Below, piece after piece: positions 61,340-64,000 of a stretch of 64,000 nt of DNA (position 1 is the first letter of the stretch; the number at the start of each line of letters is the position of its first letter). The notes beneath the pieces were generated by a model. The model was not told where the DNA came from. It worked only from the letters and a program-made list of their open reading frames with translations, and did not search any database. The stretch is from positions 19,160,001-19,224,000 of the forward strand of contig CM075988.1 in the NCBI GenBank assembly GCA_038087875.1, given 5' to 3'. Source of the DNA: Malacoraja senta. Taxonomy: Eukaryota. The translations under genes were made by a program, and so were the position numbers.

Positions 61340-62030
61340 AAAGCTGGAAACAAGACTTTCAGCCCAACTTGTCCATGTCGACCTAGATCCCACTTGCCTG
61401 CACCTGATGCATATCCCTCTAAACCTTTCCTATCCATGTACCTATCCAAATGTCTTTTAAATGTTGTTATTGCATCTGCCCTAACCACATCCTTTCGACT
61501 TTACTTTAGACTTTAGAGATGCGGTGCGTTAAACGGGCCCATCGCCCCACTGAGCCCGTGTTGGACAGCGGCCACCCCATACTCCAGCACTACCCAACAC
61601 ACGAGGGACAATTTACAATTTTACCAAAGTCAATTAACCTACAAACATGTATGTCTTGGGATGAAACTGGAGCACCCAGAGAAAACCCACACAATCAAAG
61701 AGAGAACATACAAACTCCGTACAGACAGCACCCATAGTCAGGATCAAACCTGGGTCTCTGGCACTGTAAGGCAGCAACTCTATTGCTGCGCCACCATGCC
61801 ATCCTTGGCAGTTCATTCCATAGACCAACCATTCTGTGTGAAAGAAAAATGCCCCTTTGGCTCATATTAAATATTTCCCCTCTCACCTTAAACCTATGTC
61901 CTCTAATTCTTGATTCCTCTACCCTGGGAAAATGAGTCTGTGCATTCACCCTACTTGATCCCCCTACCTTGAGAAGAAGACTCTGTGCGTTCATCCTATC
62001 TATTCCCCTCATGGTTTAATACATCTCAAG
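61340..62030 (-). mobile_element. CR1 3' fragment with nested V-SINE (61498-61801)
   Basis: RGHRFKVRGE, WNELP; SINE consensus inside. Confidence 0.82.
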
Positions 62031-62660
62031 ATACAAGAGTGTTTTACTGTAGGCAGATAAAAATGGTGGAGAAACTCAGCGGGTGAGGCAGCATCTACCT
62101 TCGATTTTTCCAGCATCTGCAGTTCCTTCTTAAACAGAGTGTTTTACTGTCAAATGTCCAAATAAGAACAATGAAATTCTTACTTGCAGCAGAATATTTA
62201 AACATAGTAGAATCATGGAGGGTCATTGAGTCTTAAAGCATGGAAACAGGCCCTTCATCCCAACTTGCCCAAACCGGCCAAGATGCCCCATCTACACTAG
62301 CCCCACCCTGTGCTTGGCCTATATCTGCCTAAAAATGTCCTATCCATGTTCCTGTCTAAGTGCTCCTCACCAGGATCTGAAATAGCTGACACTCGATCCT
62401 GAGTCAGATAGAATTTGTTCAGTCTCCTGGCAAGTTGCATGCACTCCGAGAAGGAGGAACAAATTAGTGATCTACACATTCCTCCTACTCTCAAGGGTTC
62501 AGAGTTAGCAATCTCTGAGTACTTGGTAAATTAGCAACATCAGAATTCTCGGATGAAGTTCACACCTTGAATGTCACCCTGACTTACAGGAATCTGCTAA
62601 TCGATTGCGCATCCATTTTCTTTCTTTGTTTTCTTCCTTACTGATTGCCCACGTTTGCAG

Positions 62661-62848
62661 TTATTATTTTTGCCGTGGAGATTTTTGTGGTTGGCCAGCT
62701 GTCTCCCAGGACCTCAGTGAAATGGATGATTCTGCCAGGTTTGCAGGGCAGTGCATTAGTCACGTCCCCCATTCGGGTGGACGCGGTACATTGTCTACTG
62801 CCAGCGATATCACCTCCTGCGCCGACAACAACCCTGCAGCAAGGAAAC
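62661..62848 (+). other. Candidate exon of an unidentified host gene (188 nt)
   Basis: Long pyrimidine tract, TACTGAT branch-like site and TTTGCAG acceptor; AAC|GTATGG donor; two open frames; non-repeat sequence. Confidence 0.4.
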
Positions 62849-63189
62849 GTATGGTTGCTGTCAACTGAACAGCCACAGGCGAAACACTGAATGTCACTGG
62901 GGGCCTCCAAATCAGCTGCGATTAATTGGCAGAGTTCAGTCATGATTTCCCAGCTGAGCTTGAGTCTCTTTAGGCTGTGCTTCTTTGAGACGCTCGTACA
63001 ATTTATCTCGGATCAGTGAACTTTTCTAACGACCATGTGCTGGGTCTTTACCTCCTCCCTCTCCCTCCTTCACCAGATCAATATTTCCCTTCTCACCTCC
63101 CGCTCCATCCAATCAATGGTAAAGAGAATCTTAAACTAATACCAGTAATAACACGGGGAAAAATTGCTGCTTAACTTTTGTTGGCCTGT

Positions 63190-63490
63190 TTAATTCAGTT
63201 TGGAGATACAGCAAGGAAACAGGCCCTTCGGCCCACCGAGTCCACGCTGACCATCAATCACCCCATCACTAGATCTATCTTCTCATCCACTCCCTACACA
63301 CAAGGGACACATATACAGAGGGCCAATTAACCTACAAACCAACACGCCTTTGGGATGTTGGAGGAAACCGGAGCACCTGGAAGAAACCCACGTGGTCACA
63401 GGGAGAATTTGCAAACTCCACACAGACAGTATTTGTAGTTAGAATCGAACCCAGGTCTTTTTCACTGTAAATACCAGCTGTGCCACTGTG
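63190..63490 (-). mobile_element. V-SINE
   Basis: Family consensus pattern. Confidence 0.85.
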
Positions 63491-63604
63491 TCCTCCTGTT
63501 ATAAAAATGAATAACAAATACAACTGGGTCTTAGAACTCTAAAGTCCCTATCTGCACAAAAAACCCGAGCGATATTGCTAATAAAAATATTGATACAGTA
63601 TCTT

Positions 63605-64000
63605 ATTGAAGACACAAGAAACTGCAGATGCTGGAATCTTGAGCTCAATGCAAAGTCCTGAGGAACTCAGCGGGTCAGGCACCATCTGAGGAGAGATTGA
63701 ACAGATGACATTTTGGGTCGGGACCCAATCCTTTCGATTGATTGGAATCGGGGTGGGGGGGGGGGGGGGAGAAAGTTGTAAATGAGAGGTGGAGCAAAGC
63801 CTGGCAAGTGGTAGGTGAATGTAGGTGAGAGTTGGGAGTGACTGTCAGATGGGTGGAGTAAGTGACAAAGGCCAGATGTGAAAGGGAGACAAAAGGGTGT
63901 CAGATAAGGAAGGAATAGGACATGTGAAACTAATTGCTCTGTGTGTGTCTGAAGAAAGGTCCCGACTTAAAACCTCACCTACCCGTGTTCGCCAGAGATT
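63605..64000. mobile_element. Penelope-derived terminal fragments, inverted
   Basis: pLTR motif at about 63610-63727 (-) and ctgaagaaaggtcccgac at about 63949 (+). Confidence 0.7.

Overview
Eukaryotic, repeat-dense DNA from a cartilaginous fish, most likely a skate or ray (inferred from HE1/V-SINE-type SINEs, CR1 LINEs, Rex1-type LINE tails and Penelope-derived palindromes). It reads as a long intron or intergenic tract, with no identifiable host gene and only weak candidate exons (best 62661-62848, +). Main features: (1) two near-complete minus-strand DIRS1-type tyrosine-recombinase retrotransposons (2446-7211, 16696-21458) with ITR/ICR ends and gag, RT-RNaseH-methyltransferase and YR regions; (2) a 5'-truncated CR1 with an almost intact ORF2 (47971-51283); (3) many SINE, CR1, Rex1 and Penelope fragments, the last carrying minimal hammerhead cores; (4) two Harbinger-like MITEs; (5) three GC-rich structured non-coding retroposons; (6) a 200-N gap. 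Best lead: both DIRS copies have splice signals bracketing the RT-RH-MT block, and in copy 2 removing it joins gag in frame to YR. Both copies share the same RT-killing lesions, while the YR lesions I could compare are private. This suggests a splice-regulated, RT-dead DIRS lineage mobilised in trans. All alignments and structures were done by eye; repeat-fragment boundaries are approximate.
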